Shown: one piece after another, positions 9,530 through 20,740 of the stretch | Layout: every line of letters starts with the position of its first letter | How positions within the stretch are numbered: position 1 is the first letter of the stretch | Assembly: GCA_965214035.1 (NCBI GenBank) | Contig: OZ243932.1 | Span: forward strand, 1,583,363 to 1,647,362 | Length of the DNA: 64,000 nt | Source of the DNA: Gammaproteobacteria bacterium | GTDB taxonomy: Bacteria; Pseudomonadota; Gammaproteobacteria; JAJDYQ01 | Direction of reading: 5' to 3' | Notes under the pieces: model-generated | The model's database searches: none | The model's input: the letters and a program-made list of their open reading frames with translations, nothing else | What the model was told of the DNA's origin: nothing | Made by a program: the position numbers and the translations under genes

Positions 9530-9684
9530 TTGTCGTTTCCTGCCCCGTTTGTGGTAGGATGACCGTTATCGCTACAGTAACGGCGCATTGAGCCCGGCCC
9601 GGATGATGCTGGTTGTACGGTGTTCCGGGTTGTTGAGCTTTTAGTGTTCGGTGGTCCCTGGTTTAAGGTTTATGGCAGGTTCGC

Positions 9685-10974
9685 ATGAGTAAAAAATCAA
9701 AAGACGGCAGTCAGCTGATGTATTGTTCGTTTTGCGGCAAGAGTCAGCATGAGGTGCGCAAGCTGGTGGCCGGTCCGTCTGTGTTCATTTGTGATGAGTG
9801 CGTGGGGCTTTGCAATGACATTATCCGCGAAGAGATGGGGGAAGAGGCCGCCAGTGTTGGTCGGCTGCCCAGTCCCCATGAAATCAAGGCCGGTCTTGAT
9901 GATTATGTGATCGGTCAGGAGCGTGCCAAGAAGGTGCTTTCCGTTGCTGTTTACAATCATTATAAGCGGCTCGAATCCAAAGATAGCGGCAGTGAGGGTG
10001 ATGAGGATATTGAGTTGAGCAAAAGCAATATCCTGCTTATCGGGCCGACCGGCTCCGGTAAAACCCTGCTCGCCGAAAGTCTGGCCAGGATGCTGGATGT
10101 GCCCTTTACCATGGCCGATGCTACCACTTTGACCGAGGCCGGTTATGTGGGTGAGGATGTCGAAAATATTATCCATAAGTTGCTGCAGAAGTGTGATTAT
10201 GATGTCAGCAAGGCCGAGACGGGCATTGTCTATATCGATGAGATCGACAAAATATCCCGCAAATCCGAGAATCCTTCGATTACCCGCGATGTATCGGGCG
10301 AAGGCGTTCAGCAGGCGCTGTTGAAGCTGGTCGAGGGTACTGTTGCGTCCATACCACCGCAGGGTGGGCGAAAGCATCCGCAGCAGGAATTCCTGCATGT
10401 CAATACGGCCAATATCCTGTTTATCTGCGGCGGGGCATTCGCTGGCCTCGACAAGATGATCCGTCATCGTTCTGAAAAAACCGGCATAGGCTTTTCAGCC
10501 GAGGTCAAGACCAAAGATGAAAGGCATGATTTTGCTGAAATAGTCGCGGCGGTTGAGCCGGAGGATCTGATCGGCTATGGATTGATACCTGAATTTATAG
10601 GGCGCCTGCCGATGGTGGCGATCTTGCAGGAGCTTGATGAGGATGCACTGGTTGCTATCCTCACCGAACCGAAAAATGCGATTATCCGCCAGTATGGCAA
10701 GTTGTTCGAGATGGAGGGTGTGGAAATTGATTTCAGGGAAGATTCATTGCGTACCGTTGCCAGAAAGGCGATGGAACGCAAGACCGGCGCACGTGGTTTG
10801 AGAACGATCCTTGAGAATGTTTTGCTGGACACCATGTATGACCTGCCGACATTGGAAAATGTCCGCAAAGTGGTGGTGGATGAGGCTGTGATTGAAGGCG
10901 ACTCCCCTCCCTATATCATGTATGAAAGTGTGAAGAAGTCTGGAAAGCGTGTTTCTTCCGGTGCCAAAAGCTAG
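9685..10974 (+). CDS. clpX: ATP-dependent Clp protease ATP-binding subunit ClpX
   Basis: N-terminal zinc finger [11 protein letters not shown]...FICDEC, Walker A GPTGSGKT, Walker B YIDEIDK. Confidence 0.95.
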   Translation: MSKKSKDGSQLMYCSFCGKSQHEVRKLVAGPSVFICDECVGLCNDIIREEMGEEAASVGRLPSPHEIKAGLDDYVIGQERAKKVLSVAVYNHYKRLESKDSGSEGDEDIELSKSNILLIGPTGSGKTLLAESLARMLDVPFTMADATTLTEAGYVGEDVENIIHKLLQKCDYDVSKAETGIVYIDEIDKISRKSENPSITRDVSGEGVQQALLKLVEGTVASIPPQGGRKHPQQEFLHVNTANILFICGGAFAGLDKMIRHRSEKTGIGFSAEVKTKDERHDFAEIVAAVEPEDLIGYGLIPEFIGRLPMVAILQELDEDALVAILTEPKNAIIRQYGKLFEMEGVEIDFREDSLRTVARKAMERKTGARGLRTILENVLLDTMYDLPTLENVRKVVVDEAVIEGDSPPYIMYESVKKSGKRVSSGAKS

Positions 10975-11043
10975 GCGGGCTGTGAATCGGTTCGATATGG
11001 TGCGCACGGGTTTGTTCGAAGTTGTCTGTACAGGTAAGGCTTT

Positions 11044-13500
11044 ATGAAGAAAAAACGTATATCGGAAAAAGAAGATGTGTTGATCGAGCCGGAAGCCGAT
11101 GAAAATGTTGTACCCGGTGTTCCGGTGCTACCGCTTCGTGATGTGGTTGTCTATCCGCACATGGTGATTCCGCTGTTTGTCGGGCGGGATAAATCTATCC
11201 GGGCACTTGAGGTTGCGATGACCAGTAACAAGCAGATTTTACTGGTGGCACAAAAAAACGCGGATGTTGATGAGCCGGATGTTGATGATATTTACAGTAT
11301 CGGCACGCTGGCTACGATATTGCAGTTGCTGAAGCTGCCTGATGGCACGGTTAAGGTGCTGGTGGAGGGCCGCCAGCGTGCCGGTGCCCTTGAATATCTG
11401 ACAACAGACAGTTTCTTTTCGGTGCGAGTGCAATTTGAGGATGAGATTGACACGGAAGACGAGCGTGAAGGAGAGATTCTGATTCGTTCGATTACGAATC
11501 TGTTTGATCAATATGTCAAGCTCAACAAGAAAGTTCCGCCGGAGGTGCTGACTTCGTTGTCCGGCATTGAGGAGCCGGGACGGCTCGCTGATACCATCGC
11601 CGCTCATATGTCACTCAAACTGGAGGAAAAGCAGCAGGTCCTGGAAGCCCTCGATGTCTATGCGCGCCTGGAGTACCTGATGTCAATGATTGAGGGTGAA
11701 ATTGATATGCTTCAGGTGGAAAAGCGCATACGGGGGCGCGTTAAGCAGCAGATGGAGAAAAGCCAGCGTGATTATTATCTGAATGAGCAAATGAAGGCGA
11801 TCCAGAAGGAGCTGGGTGACGCGGAGGATTCCCTTGGTGAGGTCGAGGGGCTGGAACAGAAAATTAAAAAGGCCCGTATGAGCAAGGAGGCCGAGGAAAA
11901 GGCAACCTCTGAACTGAAGAAGTTGAAGATGATGCCGCCAATGTCGGCAGAAGCAACCGTCGTCCGCAATTATATTGATCATCTGGTCGGTTTTCCGTGG
12001 CGCAAGAAAACCAAGGTTAATGAAAATATCGGCAAGGCGATGGAGGTGCTTGACACCGATCACTATGGACTGGAAAAGGTTAAAGAGCGCATCCTTGAAT
12101 ATCTGGCTGTGCAGCAGCGTGTCAAGAAGCTGAAGGGGCCGATACTTTGCCTGGTCGGCCCGCCGGGAGTTGGTAAAACCTCTCTGGGCAAGTCTATTGC
12201 CAAGGCCACAAACCGGAAATTTATTCGTATGTCTCTTGGTGGTATGCGTGATGAAGCCGAAATTCGCGGTCATCGAAGAACGTATATTGGTTCCATGCCC
12301 GGCAAGATTGTCCAGAATCTGTCCAAGGTTAAAACGAGAAACCCGCTTTTCATGCTCGATGAAATAGACAAGATGTCCATGGATTTTCGTGGTGACCCTT
12401 CTTCCGCCCTGCTCGAAGTGCTGGATCCTGAGCAGAATAATGCCTTCAATGATCACTATCTGGAAGTAGATATTGATTTGTCGGACACGATGTTTATCGC
12501 CACTTCCAATACGTTGAAGTTCCCCCCCCCATTGCTGGATCGCATGGAGGTCATCCGTCTGGCCGGCTATACCGAGGATGAAAAGCAAAGCATTGCCGAG
12601 CGCTACCTTATACCGAAACAAATCAAGGCAAATGGCCTTGAAAAGGATGAGATAGAGATAGCCGGAGAGTCTGTGCTGGATACTATTCGCTATTACACGC
12701 GGGAAGCCGGTGTGCGCAATCTGGAACGTGAATTCAGCAAGATCTGCCGTAAGGTCGTTAAGGAATTAATTACAGAACCGCGTAGTGAAAAGCTTGTCGT
12801 AACAGCGGATATGCTGGAAAAGTATCTGGGAGTCAGAAAGTTTCGCTATGGCGAAGCGGAAGACTCCAACCGGGTCGGGCAGGTTACGGGTCTGGCATGG
12901 ACAGAGGTCGGCGGTGAGCTGTTGCATATAGAGTCTGCTGTTTTGCCGGGAAAGGGGAAGTTTGTTAATACCGGTCAGCTTGGTGATGTCATGCAGGAAT
13001 CCATACAGGCCGCCATGACAGTTGTCAGGGCGCGCTCCGACAGTCTGGGCATAAAAAATGATTTTTACCAGGAACATGATGTTCATATCCATGTGCCGGA
13101 AGGGGCTACACCGAAAGACGGGCCGAGCGCCGGAATCGGAATGTGTATCGCCATAGTCTCCGCTTTGACCGGCATACCCGCCAGAGCCGATGTTGCCATG
13201 ACCGGCGAGATTACCCTGCGGGGCGAGGTGTTGCCTATCGGCGGCCTGAAGGAGAAACTGCTGGCAGCATCCCGTGGGGGCATTAAAACTGTCCTGATCC
13301 CTGATGAAAACCGGAAAGACCTGAAGGAGATCGCGGATAACATTAAGGGACATCTTAATATCAGACCCGTCAAATGGATAGATCAGGTGCTTGAGACGGC
13401 ACTTGAACATTTGCCCCTGCCTATCGATAAGGCAGAGGCACCAGTTGGTAAATCAAAAGGCAAAAAAACGTCAAAAAGCAGTCAGGTTACTGCACATTAA
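11044..13500 (+). CDS. lon: Lon protease
   Basis: 818 aa. [20 protein letters not shown] (LON N-domain), GPPGVGKTS, and the protease site PKDGPSAG. Confidence 0.95.
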   Translation: MKKKRISEKEDVLIEPEADENVVPGVPVLPLRDVVVYPHMVIPLFVGRDKSIRALEVAMTSNKQILLVAQKNADVDEPDVDDIYSIGTLATILQLLKLPDGTVKVLVEGRQRAGALEYLTTDSFFSVRVQFEDEIDTEDEREGEILIRSITNLFDQYVKLNKKVPPEVLTSLSGIEEPGRLADTIAAHMSLKLEEKQQVLEALDVYARLEYLMSMIEGEIDMLQVEKRIRGRVKQQMEKSQRDYYLNEQMKAIQKELGDAEDSLGEVEGLEQKIKKARMSKEAEEKATSELKKLKMMPPMSAEATVVRNYIDHLVGFPWRKKTKVNENIGKAMEVLDTDHYGLEKVKERILEYLAVQQRVKKLKGPILCLVGPPGVGKTSLGKSIAKATNRKFIRMSLGGMRDEAEIRGHRRTYIGSMPGKIVQNLSKVKTRNPLFMLDEIDKMSMDFRGDPSSALLEVLDPEQNNAFNDHYLEVDIDLSDTMFIATSNTLKFPPPLLDRMEVIRLAGYTEDEKQSIAERYLIPKQIKANGLEKDEIEIAGESVLDTIRYYTREAGVRNLEREFSKICRKVVKELITEPRSEKLVVTADMLEKYLGVRKFRYGEAEDSNRVGQVTGLAWTEVGGELLHIESAVLPGKGKFVNTGQLGDVMQESIQAAMTVVRARSDSLGIKNDFYQEHDVHIHVPEGATPKDGPSAGIGMCIAIVSALTGIPARADVAMTGEITLRGEVLPIGGLKEKLLAASRGGIKTVLIPDENRKDLKEIADNIKGHLNIRPVKWIDQVLETALEHLPLPIDKAEAPVGKSKGKKTSKSSQVTAH

Positions 13501-13546
13501 TCGTTTCCTTGGTGCCTGAATTTCTGTACAATACGGGCGCGTGCTT

Positions 13547-13580
13547 GCTTCATGCAGAATAATGCTTCATGCAGAATAAT
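13547..13580. repeat. Perfect 17-bp tandem duplication (GCTTCATGCAGAATAAT x2)
   Basis: Read directly in the lon-hupB intergenic region. Confidence 0.9.
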
Positions 13581-13653
13581 GGTTTCAGGCAAGGGTAGTA
13601 CGAATGCCTTGAGGCTCACTTTTTAATATCCACTGAATAATTGGGGAATTTTT

Positions 13654-13926
13654 ATGAACAAAACAGAAGTCATTGATACAGTCGCAGAAGCCGCTGGTTT
13701 ATCCAAAACTGATGCCGGCCATGCGGTCGAAGCCTTTTTGGATGCGGTAACGAATGCTTTGAAACAGGGTGACTCGGTTACGCTGGTAGGCTTTGGTACT
13801 TTTCTGGTCAGAGAGCGTGCCGCACGTATGGGGCGTAATCCTCAGACAGGAGCCAAGATACAAATCAAGGCTTCAAAAGCTCCTGCGTTCAAGGTTGGTA
13901 AGGCCCTGAAAGATGCCGTAAACTAG
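13654..13926 (+). CDS. hupB: DNA-binding protein HU-beta
   Basis: [30 protein letters not shown]...GFGTF.VRERAAR.GRNPQTG. 90 aa, located after lon. Confidence 0.95.
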   Translation: MNKTEVIDTVAEAAGLSKTDAGHAVEAFLDAVTNALKQGDSVTLVGFGTFLVRERAARMGRNPQTGAKIQIKASKAPAFKVGKALKDAVN

Positions 13927-13977
13927 CGCATTATGGGAGCCATATCGTTTACAAGTGCCGGTATTGGCTTCCAAAAT

Positions 13978-14053
13978 GGGCGCTTAGCTCAGTTGGGAGA
14001 GCATCGCCCTTACAAGGCGAGGGTCGCAGGTTCGAGCCCTGCAGCGCCCACCA
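13978..14053 (+). tRNA. tRNA-Val (anticodon TAC)
   Basis: Acceptor GGGCGCT/AGCGCCC, anticodon arm TCGCC-CTTACAA-GGCGA, T arm GCAGG-TTCGAGC-CCTGC, CCA. Confidence 0.9.
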
Positions 14054-14069
14054 TTTTTACGGAATATCC

Positions 14070-14146
14070 GGAGCGGTAGTTCAGTTGGTTAGAATACCGG
14101 CCTGTCACGCCGGGGGTCGCGGGTTCGAGTCCCGTCCGCTCCGCCA
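14070..14146 (+). tRNA. tRNA-Asp (anticodon GTC)
   Basis: Acceptor GGAGCGG/CCGCTCC, anticodon arm CCGGC-CTGTCAC-GCCGG, T-loop TTCGAGT, CCA. Confidence 0.9.
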
Positions 14147-14221
14147 TATACAGGGTATCGGTACTTTTATATCCATCAATTACTGACTTCAGATATTTGT
14201 CATCCTAAATAGAGAGTTTTT

Positions 14222-16138
14222 ATGCTGCAATCCATACGGGACAGGCTGGTTGGCTGGGTTGCTTGGGGCATTGTAATTTTAATAGGTGTCCCATTTGCGA
14301 TAATAGGGATCACTGACTTCGGGACACCGGCGCGAGTAATACCGGTCGCGGAAATCGGTGACATATCTATTGATCAGGAGGAGTACCAAAGGCGTTATCA
14401 GTTACGCCGGCAGAATGTCCAGCAGCAGTTGGAGGGGCGCTATAATCCTGATCTGTTTGATCCCCAGCTACGAAAGCAGGTTGTCAATATGCTGGTGGAA
14501 GAGGCACTGCTGCGGGTCTTCGCTGAAGATAACAATATCCATATCGGCGATAATGAGCTGGCGCTGATCATTCAATCTGATTCGAGTTTTCAGAAAGACG
14601 GGCGGTTTGATTTCAATGAATATCGTGCCCGAATCGGGCAAGAGGGTTTTACACCGGACCGATACGAGCAGTTTTTACGTCGCGAACGTGTCCTGACAAC
14701 CCTCCCGAGAATGGTTAGGGCGAGCAGCTTTGCTACACATGGAGAGGCAAAGCGCCTTAATGATCTGGCGGCTCACAAACGTGTTATTCGCTATGCTGTG
14801 GTTGGCCGTGATTTTTCCCCTGATGATGTGAATATCAGCGAAGACGATGCCCGCTCCTATTATGACTCTCACCAGAACCAGTTTGAAAGGCCAGAGCAGA
14901 TTAAACTTGAGTATCTTCGGGTGTCTGCTTCCAGACTCGCTGACAGAGTGGAGATTACAGAGGATGCCCTTCGCCGGTACTACGAGGAGCATTCCGAACG
15001 TTATATTGTCGATGAGCAGCGTAAAAGCAGCCATATACTGATCGCACTGCCGGAAGGTGAATCGCTTGAAAATTCCGCTGAGGCACTTGAAAAATTTAAT
15101 GCCGTGAAGGATAAGCTGGCTGCCGGCGAGGATTTTGCGGAGCTCGCGCGTCAGTATTCAGATGATCCGGGTTCTGCGTCGGCAGGTGGCGACCTCGGTC
15201 AGGTCAGTCGCGGGATGATGGTGAAGCCATTTGAGACAGCCCTGTTTGCCATGGGTGAGGCGGGTGAAGTCAGTGACCCGGTGCTTACCAGTTTTGGCCA
15301 TCACTTTATCCGCCTTGATGAAATCATTGAAAGAGAAGAGCAGTCTTTTGATGAAGTTCGGCAGGAGCTTGAAGAAGGTTATGCGGAGCAGGAGTCGGTC
15401 AATCTCTTTTATGATGTGTCAGAGCACATGGCCGAGCTCAGTTATGAAAACCAGGGTTCACTGGTCCCGGTATCTGAGGCACTGGGCATCCCGTTGCAAA
15501 CAACAGACTGGCTCGGGCGTGAGAATGATATGCCGGTTATTGATGCGGATGGTGAGGCCAATGTCGAGGCTAACCCGGATGTGTTGCGCGAAGCATTTAG
15601 CGAGCGGCTGCGTGCCGGAGACAATAGCGACCCTGTCGAAATTGATAAAAATGATGTCGTTATTATCCGTGTAGTGGATTATCGGGAAGCGGTGATACTG
15701 CCCTTCGATGACGTAACAGAGCAGGCACTATCCAGTGCAAGGAATGCCGCGATCAATGCAAAGATCCGTGATTTTGCTCTCGAACTGGCTGAAAATGTGC
15801 GTGGTGGCGGTTCTTTTGAAGAACTGGTCGAGCAGCATGGTTTGATGTTGGAAACTCCAGAACCGATTGGGCGTGACAACTTGTCTTTACCAGCGGGAAT
15901 GTTGCCGCAGGTGTTTAAAATGCCTGTTCCTGCCGGGGACGATATTGCAGTGACCGTTATATCTTTGTCGGACGGGAGCTATGGGGTGATTGCATTGGAT
16001 AAAATCATATTGCCGGAGGCAGCCAATGAGCTTTTGGTCCGGGAATTGAGTCAGCGTTATGCGGCAAGGGCGGCACAAAGTGTTGTAACCGCCATGCGTG
16101 AAGCGGCGGACGTTGTCATACATGAGGATAGACTGTAG
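14222..16138 (+). CDS. ppiD: Periplasmic chaperone / peptidyl-prolyl isomerase PpiD
   Basis: 638 aa. MLQSIRDRLVGWVAWGIVILI is an N-terminal anchor. A parvulin segment is present (SSHILI...DLG...FGHHFIRLD). The position after hupB is conserved. Confidence 0.85.
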   Translation: MLQSIRDRLVGWVAWGIVILIGVPFAIIGITDFGTPARVIPVAEIGDISIDQEEYQRRYQLRRQNVQQQLEGRYNPDLFDPQLRKQVVNMLVEEALLRVFAEDNNIHIGDNELALIIQSDSSFQKDGRFDFNEYRARIGQEGFTPDRYEQFLRRERVLTTLPRMVRASSFATHGEAKRLNDLAAHKRVIRYAVVGRDFSPDDVNISEDDARSYYDSHQNQFERPEQIKLEYLRVSASRLADRVEITEDALRRYYEEHSERYIVDEQRKSSHILIALPEGESLENSAEALEKFNAVKDKLAAGEDFAELARQYSDDPGSASAGGDLGQVSRGMMVKPFETALFAMGEAGEVSDPVLTSFGHHFIRLDEIIEREEQSFDEVRQELEEGYAEQESVNLFYDVSEHMAELSYENQGSLVPVSEALGIPLQTTDWLGRENDMPVIDADGEANVEANPDVLREAFSERLRAGDNSDPVEIDKNDVVIIRVVDYREAVILPFDDVTEQALSSARNAAINAKIRDFALELAENVRGGGSFEELVEQHGLMLETPEPIGRDNLSLPAGMLPQVFKMPVPAGDDIAVTVISLSDGSYGVIALDKIILPEAANELLVRELSQRYAARAAQSVVTAMREAADVVIHEDRL

Positions 16139-16164
16139 CCCGGTGATATTTCTGACCTGACAAT

Positions 16165-17958
16165 ATGCCAATACGTCGGTTATCTCCTGATCTTGTAAAC
16201 CAGATCGCTGCAGGCGAGGTGGTGGAGCGGCCGGCTTCTGTTGTCAAGGAGTTGATAGAAAACAGTCTGGATGCAGGTGCCGGTCAGGTCGATGTCAGTA
16301 TATCAGAGGGAGGGATTCGCCTTATACAGGTGCGTGATAACGGTCATGGCATTCCCCATTCGGAGCTGAACCTGGCTGTTGCCAGTCATGCAACCAGTAA
16401 AATATCAGATGCGGATGATCTTGGTGCAATTCACTCTCTGGGGTTCAGGGGGGAGGCGCTCGCCAGTATCGCCGCAGTTTCCCGTTTTGAATTAACTTCA
16501 AAACATAATGATGGTGAGCATGCCTGGAAAATGCTGGATTGTCAGGCCGATACTCCCGAATTTGTTCCGTCAAACTTGTCATCCGGGACACGAGTGGATG
16601 TGCATGACCTATTCTATAATGTGCCGGCCAGACGCCGGTTTCTGCGCACCGATAAAACCGAATTTTCGCACATTGAGCAGGTATTCCGCCGCCTCGCATT
16701 AAGCCATCTGACGTCAGCGTTCTCATTAACGCATAATGGTAAAACCATATTTGATCTCAAGGTTACGGATGGTTCCGACGGATTAAAATCCAGAATCAGT
16801 CGGGTTCTGGGGGGGGATTTTTCGGCCAATGCGATTTATCTGGAACATGCCGGTGCCGGCCTTGCGCTGAGAGGCTGGGTCGCTCAGCCAACTTATTCCA
16901 GATCGCAGGCCGACCAGCAGTATTTTTATGTCAATGGGCGCGTAATCCGAGATAAGCTTGTTGCACATGCGGTACGTCAGGCGTTTTCGGATGTATTGTT
17001 TCATGGTCGATTTCCGGCTTATGTTTTATATCTCACGCTTGACCCGTCACGGGTTGATGTTAATGCACATCCGGCCAAACATGAAGTGCGTTTCAGGGAC
17101 GGGCGCACCGTGCATGATTTCATTTTTCATAGTTTGCATAAATCCTTGTCCGAGACATGTGCCGGGAAACAAGTTTCCGTAAAACCGGATGCTCTGCTGA
17201 ATGCAGCCAAAGCCCCCGGCAGGGATGGTACATATTCATCACCGCAGACGAGTCTGAATATGCGAGAGGCAGTAAATGCTTACAATAATCTGTACGGTCA
17301 ACCGCTCTCGGCAAACCAACCGGCGACCGTTCAGGAAGCGACCGCTTTGCCTGATTCGGCTGATGAAGAGGATATCCCCCCGCTGGGATACGCACTGGCC
17401 CAGTTGCTCGGTGTCTATATTCTGGCCCAGAATCGGGATGGTTTGATTATTGTGGACATGCATGCGGCACATGAACGGATTACTTATGAACGCCTTAAAC
17501 GGCAATTTGATCAGGAGAGTATTCGTGTGCAGCCGTTGCTGGTACCAGAGCGCATTTCTGTTTCACAAAAAGATGTGGCACTGGTCGAGGAACATCAGGA
17601 TATTATCCAGTCATTGGGTATGTTGCTGGATGTCAGTGGCCCGGAGAGTCTTTTATTGCGTGAAATTCCGGCCTTGCTGCACTCGCAGAATCTGAACCGG
17701 CTGGTGCATGACGTTATAGAAGATTTACATGCGGCAGGATCATCGAATCGGCTCAGTGAGCTTGCGAATGAATTGCTTTCGAGCATGGCTTGCCATGGTT
17801 CTATCAGGGCCAACCGGCAACTGGCTGTTGCGGAGATGAATGCGTTGTTGAGGGATATGGAGGGGACCGAGCGGTCCGGGCAGTGCAATCATGGTCGTCC
17901 GACCTGGGTACAGATTGGACTTGCTGATCTGGATAAATTGTTTGACCGTGGAAACTAG
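16165..17958 (+). CDS. mutL: DNA mismatch repair endonuclease MutL
   Basis: MPIRRLSPDLVNQIAAGEVVERPASVVKELIENSLDAG...GFRGEAL. It precedes miaA-hfq. Confidence 0.95.
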   Translation: MPIRRLSPDLVNQIAAGEVVERPASVVKELIENSLDAGAGQVDVSISEGGIRLIQVRDNGHGIPHSELNLAVASHATSKISDADDLGAIHSLGFRGEALASIAAVSRFELTSKHNDGEHAWKMLDCQADTPEFVPSNLSSGTRVDVHDLFYNVPARRRFLRTDKTEFSHIEQVFRRLALSHLTSAFSLTHNGKTIFDLKVTDGSDGLKSRISRVLGGDFSANAIYLEHAGAGLALRGWVAQPTYSRSQADQQYFYVNGRVIRDKLVAHAVRQAFSDVLFHGRFPAYVLYLTLDPSRVDVNAHPAKHEVRFRDGRTVHDFIFHSLHKSLSETCAGKQVSVKPDALLNAAKAPGRDGTYSSPQTSLNMREAVNAYNNLYGQPLSANQPATVQEATALPDSADEEDIPPLGYALAQLLGVYILAQNRDGLIIVDMHAAHERITYERLKRQFDQESIRVQPLLVPERISVSQKDVALVEEHQDIIQSLGMLLDVSGPESLLLREIPALLHSQNLNRLVHDVIEDLHAAGSSNRLSELANELLSSMACHGSIRANRQLAVAEMNALLRDMEGTERSGQCNHGRPTWVQIGLADLDKLFDRGN

Positions 17959-18886
17959 GCCGAAAGTTGTGCTGCTGATGGGGCCGACGGCTGCCGGCAA
18001 AACGGAGCTGGCCATTGAGCTGGTCGAGAGCTTCAATATGGAAATTATCAGCGTGGATTCTGCGCTTGTTTACCGTGGGATGGATATTGGTACGGCCAAG
18101 CCAAAGGCCGAAGTCTTGAACCGTATTGTCCATCACCTTGTGGACATACGCGATCCGGCTGAACCTTATTCGGTCGCTGAGTTTTCTTCCAACGCCGCCA
18201 TATTGATCAAGGATATACTGGCCCGCGGTAAAGTGCCTTTGCTGGTCGGTGGCACCATGTTGTATTACCGGGCCATCATGGAAGGGCTATCCAGGCTGCC
18301 AAAGGCTGATGAAGCTGTCCGTCAGAGGATACTCTGCGAGGCCGGCGAGAAAGGTTGGACGGCAATGCACGAACAGCTCAGACGCATTGACCCGGTATCT
18401 GCGTCCCGTATTCATCCACATGATCCGCAACGCATACAGCGTGCGCTGGAGGTTTACTATATCACCGGAGATACCATGTCCGACCGGATGAAATCTGATC
18501 GAGGCGAAGGATTGCCGTATGATTTTATTAAAATGGCAGCATCGCCAGAAGACCGATCAGCATTGCATCGTCGTATTCAAATGCGCTTTGATAATATGTT
18601 GGCGCAGGGTTTCATTGATGAAGTGGTGAGGCTGAAAGAACGGAGAGATCTCGGCCCGGACAAACCGTCTATGCGGTGTGTGGGCTATCGGCAGATCTGG
18701 CGATACCTGGATGGCGAATATGGCAAAGAGGAAGCCCGTCTCAAGGGTATCTGTGCCTCCAGACAGTTGGCTAAACGGCAGCTTACCTGGTTACGTTCAA
18801 TTTCAGGTGTCAACTGGTTTGATTTGAGCAGGAATGCACAAAAAATGTCCGATCCAGTATCCTTTGTACATGAAAGTTTTGCATAA
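17948..18886 (+). CDS. miaA: tRNA dimethylallyltransferase
   Basis: VVLLMGPTAAGKTELAIEL...ISVDSALVYRGMDIGTAKP. The start is ambiguous (TTG 17942 or GTG 17948), was chosen by N-terminal length homology, and overlaps the mutL stop. Confidence 0.9.
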   Translation: METRPKVVLLMGPTAAGKTELAIELVESFNMEIISVDSALVYRGMDIGTAKPKAEVLNRIVHHLVDIRDPAEPYSVAEFSSNAAILIKDILARGKVPLLVGGTMLYYRAIMEGLSRLPKADEAVRQRILCEAGEKGWTAMHEQLRRIDPVSASRIHPHDPQRIQRALEVYYITGDTMSDRMKSDRGEGLPYDFIKMAASPEDRSALHRRIQMRFDNMLAQGFIDEVVRLKERRDLGPDKPSMRCVGYRQIWRYLDGEYGKEEARLKGICASRQLAKRQLTWLRSISGVNWFDLSRNAQKMSDPVSFVHESFA

Positions 18887-18965
18887 ATGGTCCGAGTATG
18901 GGATACTCGGCAGCGTATCGGAGATGTTGCTCCGAGATAACGATAATTAAGTCGGAGATTGTCAA

Positions 18966-19214
18966 ATGTCTAAAAGCCATTCATTACAAGAACCTTTCCT
19001 GAACACCCTTCGGAAGGAAAAAATACCCGTATCAATTTTTTTAGTGAACGGGATTAAACTTCAGGGCCAGATTGACTCTTTTGATCAGTTTGTTCTTTTG
19101 CTGAAGAACAATGTAAACCAGATGATTTACAAGCATGCCATTTCAACCGTTGTGCCGGCGCGAAGTGTCCGTATTCAGCTCGAGCCCGACGGAGGAGAGC
19201 CTGGTAATTTCTAG
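18966..19214 (+). CDS. hfq: RNA chaperone Hfq
   Basis: [47 protein letters not shown]...[10 protein letters not shown]. Confidence 0.97.
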   Translation: MSKSHSLQEPFLNTLRKEKIPVSIFLVNGIKLQGQIDSFDQFVLLLKNNVNQMIYKHAISTVVPARSVRIQLEPDGGEPGNF

Positions 19215-19237
19215 TGTTGTAACTTGCGGGGACGGCT

Positions 19238-20548
19238 TTGTTTGAGCGTCCGGGAGATGGTGAGCTCGCCCTGCTGGTGCATGTCCGCTTTCGCAAGGCC
19301 GGATTTTGCTCAGGTCATGGCAGTGCCGGGTTTGGAGATGTCCAGCAGGAATTTCGGGAATTATGTGAATCGGCCGGTACCCGAATCGTTGGTATGGTGG
19401 CATCCTCCCGGTATGCACCCGACCCAAGATATTTTACAGGCAAGGGTAAGGCTGGAGAAATCGCTCTCAAGGTACAATCTTCGAGAGCCGAGATCGTTAT
19501 CTTCAATCATGTGCTTTCGCCGGTACAGGAAAGAAATCTGGAAAAGCTGTTCAGGTGCCGTGTACTGGGCCGCACCGGCTTGATTCTTGATATTTTTGCC
19601 CGGCGTGCACGAAGTTTTGAGGGTAAGTTGCAGGTGGAACTGGCCCAACTACGCCACCTGTCCACCCGCCTGGTGAGAGGTTGGACCCACCTGGAAAGAC
19701 AGAAAGGCGGTATCGGACTTAGAGGCCCCGGCGAGTCCCAGCTAGAGACCGATCGTCGGTTGATTGGCGGACGCATTAAAAAACTGGTATCCCGTCTGGA
19801 AAAAGTCAGAACTCAACGGGAACAGGGCCGCCGTTCCCGGCAGAAGACAGAGGCCCCGGTCGTAGCTCTGGTAGGCTACACGAATACCGGCAAATCAACC
19901 CTGTTTAACCAGATGACATCAAGCGGAGTGTATGCCGCCGATCAACTATTTGCCACGCTTGATCCAATGCTGCGGCGCGTTGATTTACAGGGAGGATCGC
20001 ATATTATTCTGGCTGATACCGTCGGTTTTATTCGGGATTTGCCTCATGAGCTTGTGAGTGCATTTCGCTCAACGCTGGCGGAAACCCGTGATGCTGACCT
20101 TTTGCTGCATGTGGTCGATGCGTCCAGAGAAGATCGCGATGATTGTATTGAGCAGGTAGAGGCTGTTCTTGCCGAGATTGGCGCAGGTAAGACTGCCGGT
20201 CAGCCTGTTTTAATGGTTTATAATAAAGCCGATTTAACTCATCATGGTTCCGGTGTTGATCGTGACGAGCAGGGTCGGCCAGTGCGGATCTGGTTATCGG
20301 CGTATCATTCGGATGGTCTTGAACACCTGTGCGCGGTGCTGATCGGAATTTTCCGTCGTCAGAAACATCACGGATGGATAAAGCTGGCACCTGATGAATC
20401 GGCACTTCGTGCCGAACTGTATCAACGTAATGTTGTGCAAAATGAAACATATGATGAACAGGGATGCACGATTCTGGAAATCAGCATCCATGACCGCGAT
20501 CTTGACTCGACCGGCCTGATGGAGAGACTACAAACAGCCATGGCTTGA
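19238..20548 (+). CDS. hflX: GTPase HflX
   Basis: TTG start. LFATLDP, and G1 motif GYTNTGKST. Located between hfq and hflK. Confidence 0.9.
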   Translation: MFERPGDGELALLVHVRFRKAGFCSGHGSAGFGDVQQEFRELCESAGTRIVGMVASSRYAPDPRYFTGKGKAGEIALKVQSSRAEIVIFNHVLSPVQERNLEKLFRCRVLGRTGLILDIFARRARSFEGKLQVELAQLRHLSTRLVRGWTHLERQKGGIGLRGPGESQLETDRRLIGGRIKKLVSRLEKVRTQREQGRRSRQKTEAPVVALVGYTNTGKSTLFNQMTSSGVYAADQLFATLDPMLRRVDLQGGSHIILADTVGFIRDLPHELVSAFRSTLAETRDADLLLHVVDASREDRDDCIEQVEAVLAEIGAGKTAGQPVLMVYNKADLTHHGSGVDRDEQGRPVRIWLSAYHSDGLEHLCAVLIGIFRRQKHHGWIKLAPDESALRAELYQRNVVQNETYDEQGCTILEISIHDRDLDSTGLMERLQTAMA

Positions 20549-20740
20549 AAGGACACTGAGCATCTCGATGAAAAATTTTAACGGCACCATAAGTTCGATA
20601 AAGTTGCGACCGGTGACGGTACTGCCTACAATGGAGATTCTTTTACTCAATCAGGTATTTTCTTGATGAACAGCACCAGCAGTATGCGCCCTTCCGGGAA
20701 TGGTTTTCTGGCCCGCCTGATCCGCTTTGCAGGGCTGAAG

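Noticed and set aside
9697-12621. Long antisense ORFs inside clpX (256 aa) and lon (312 aa)
   Set aside because: They lie opposite unambiguous conserved genes, and their translations have no recognisable motifs.
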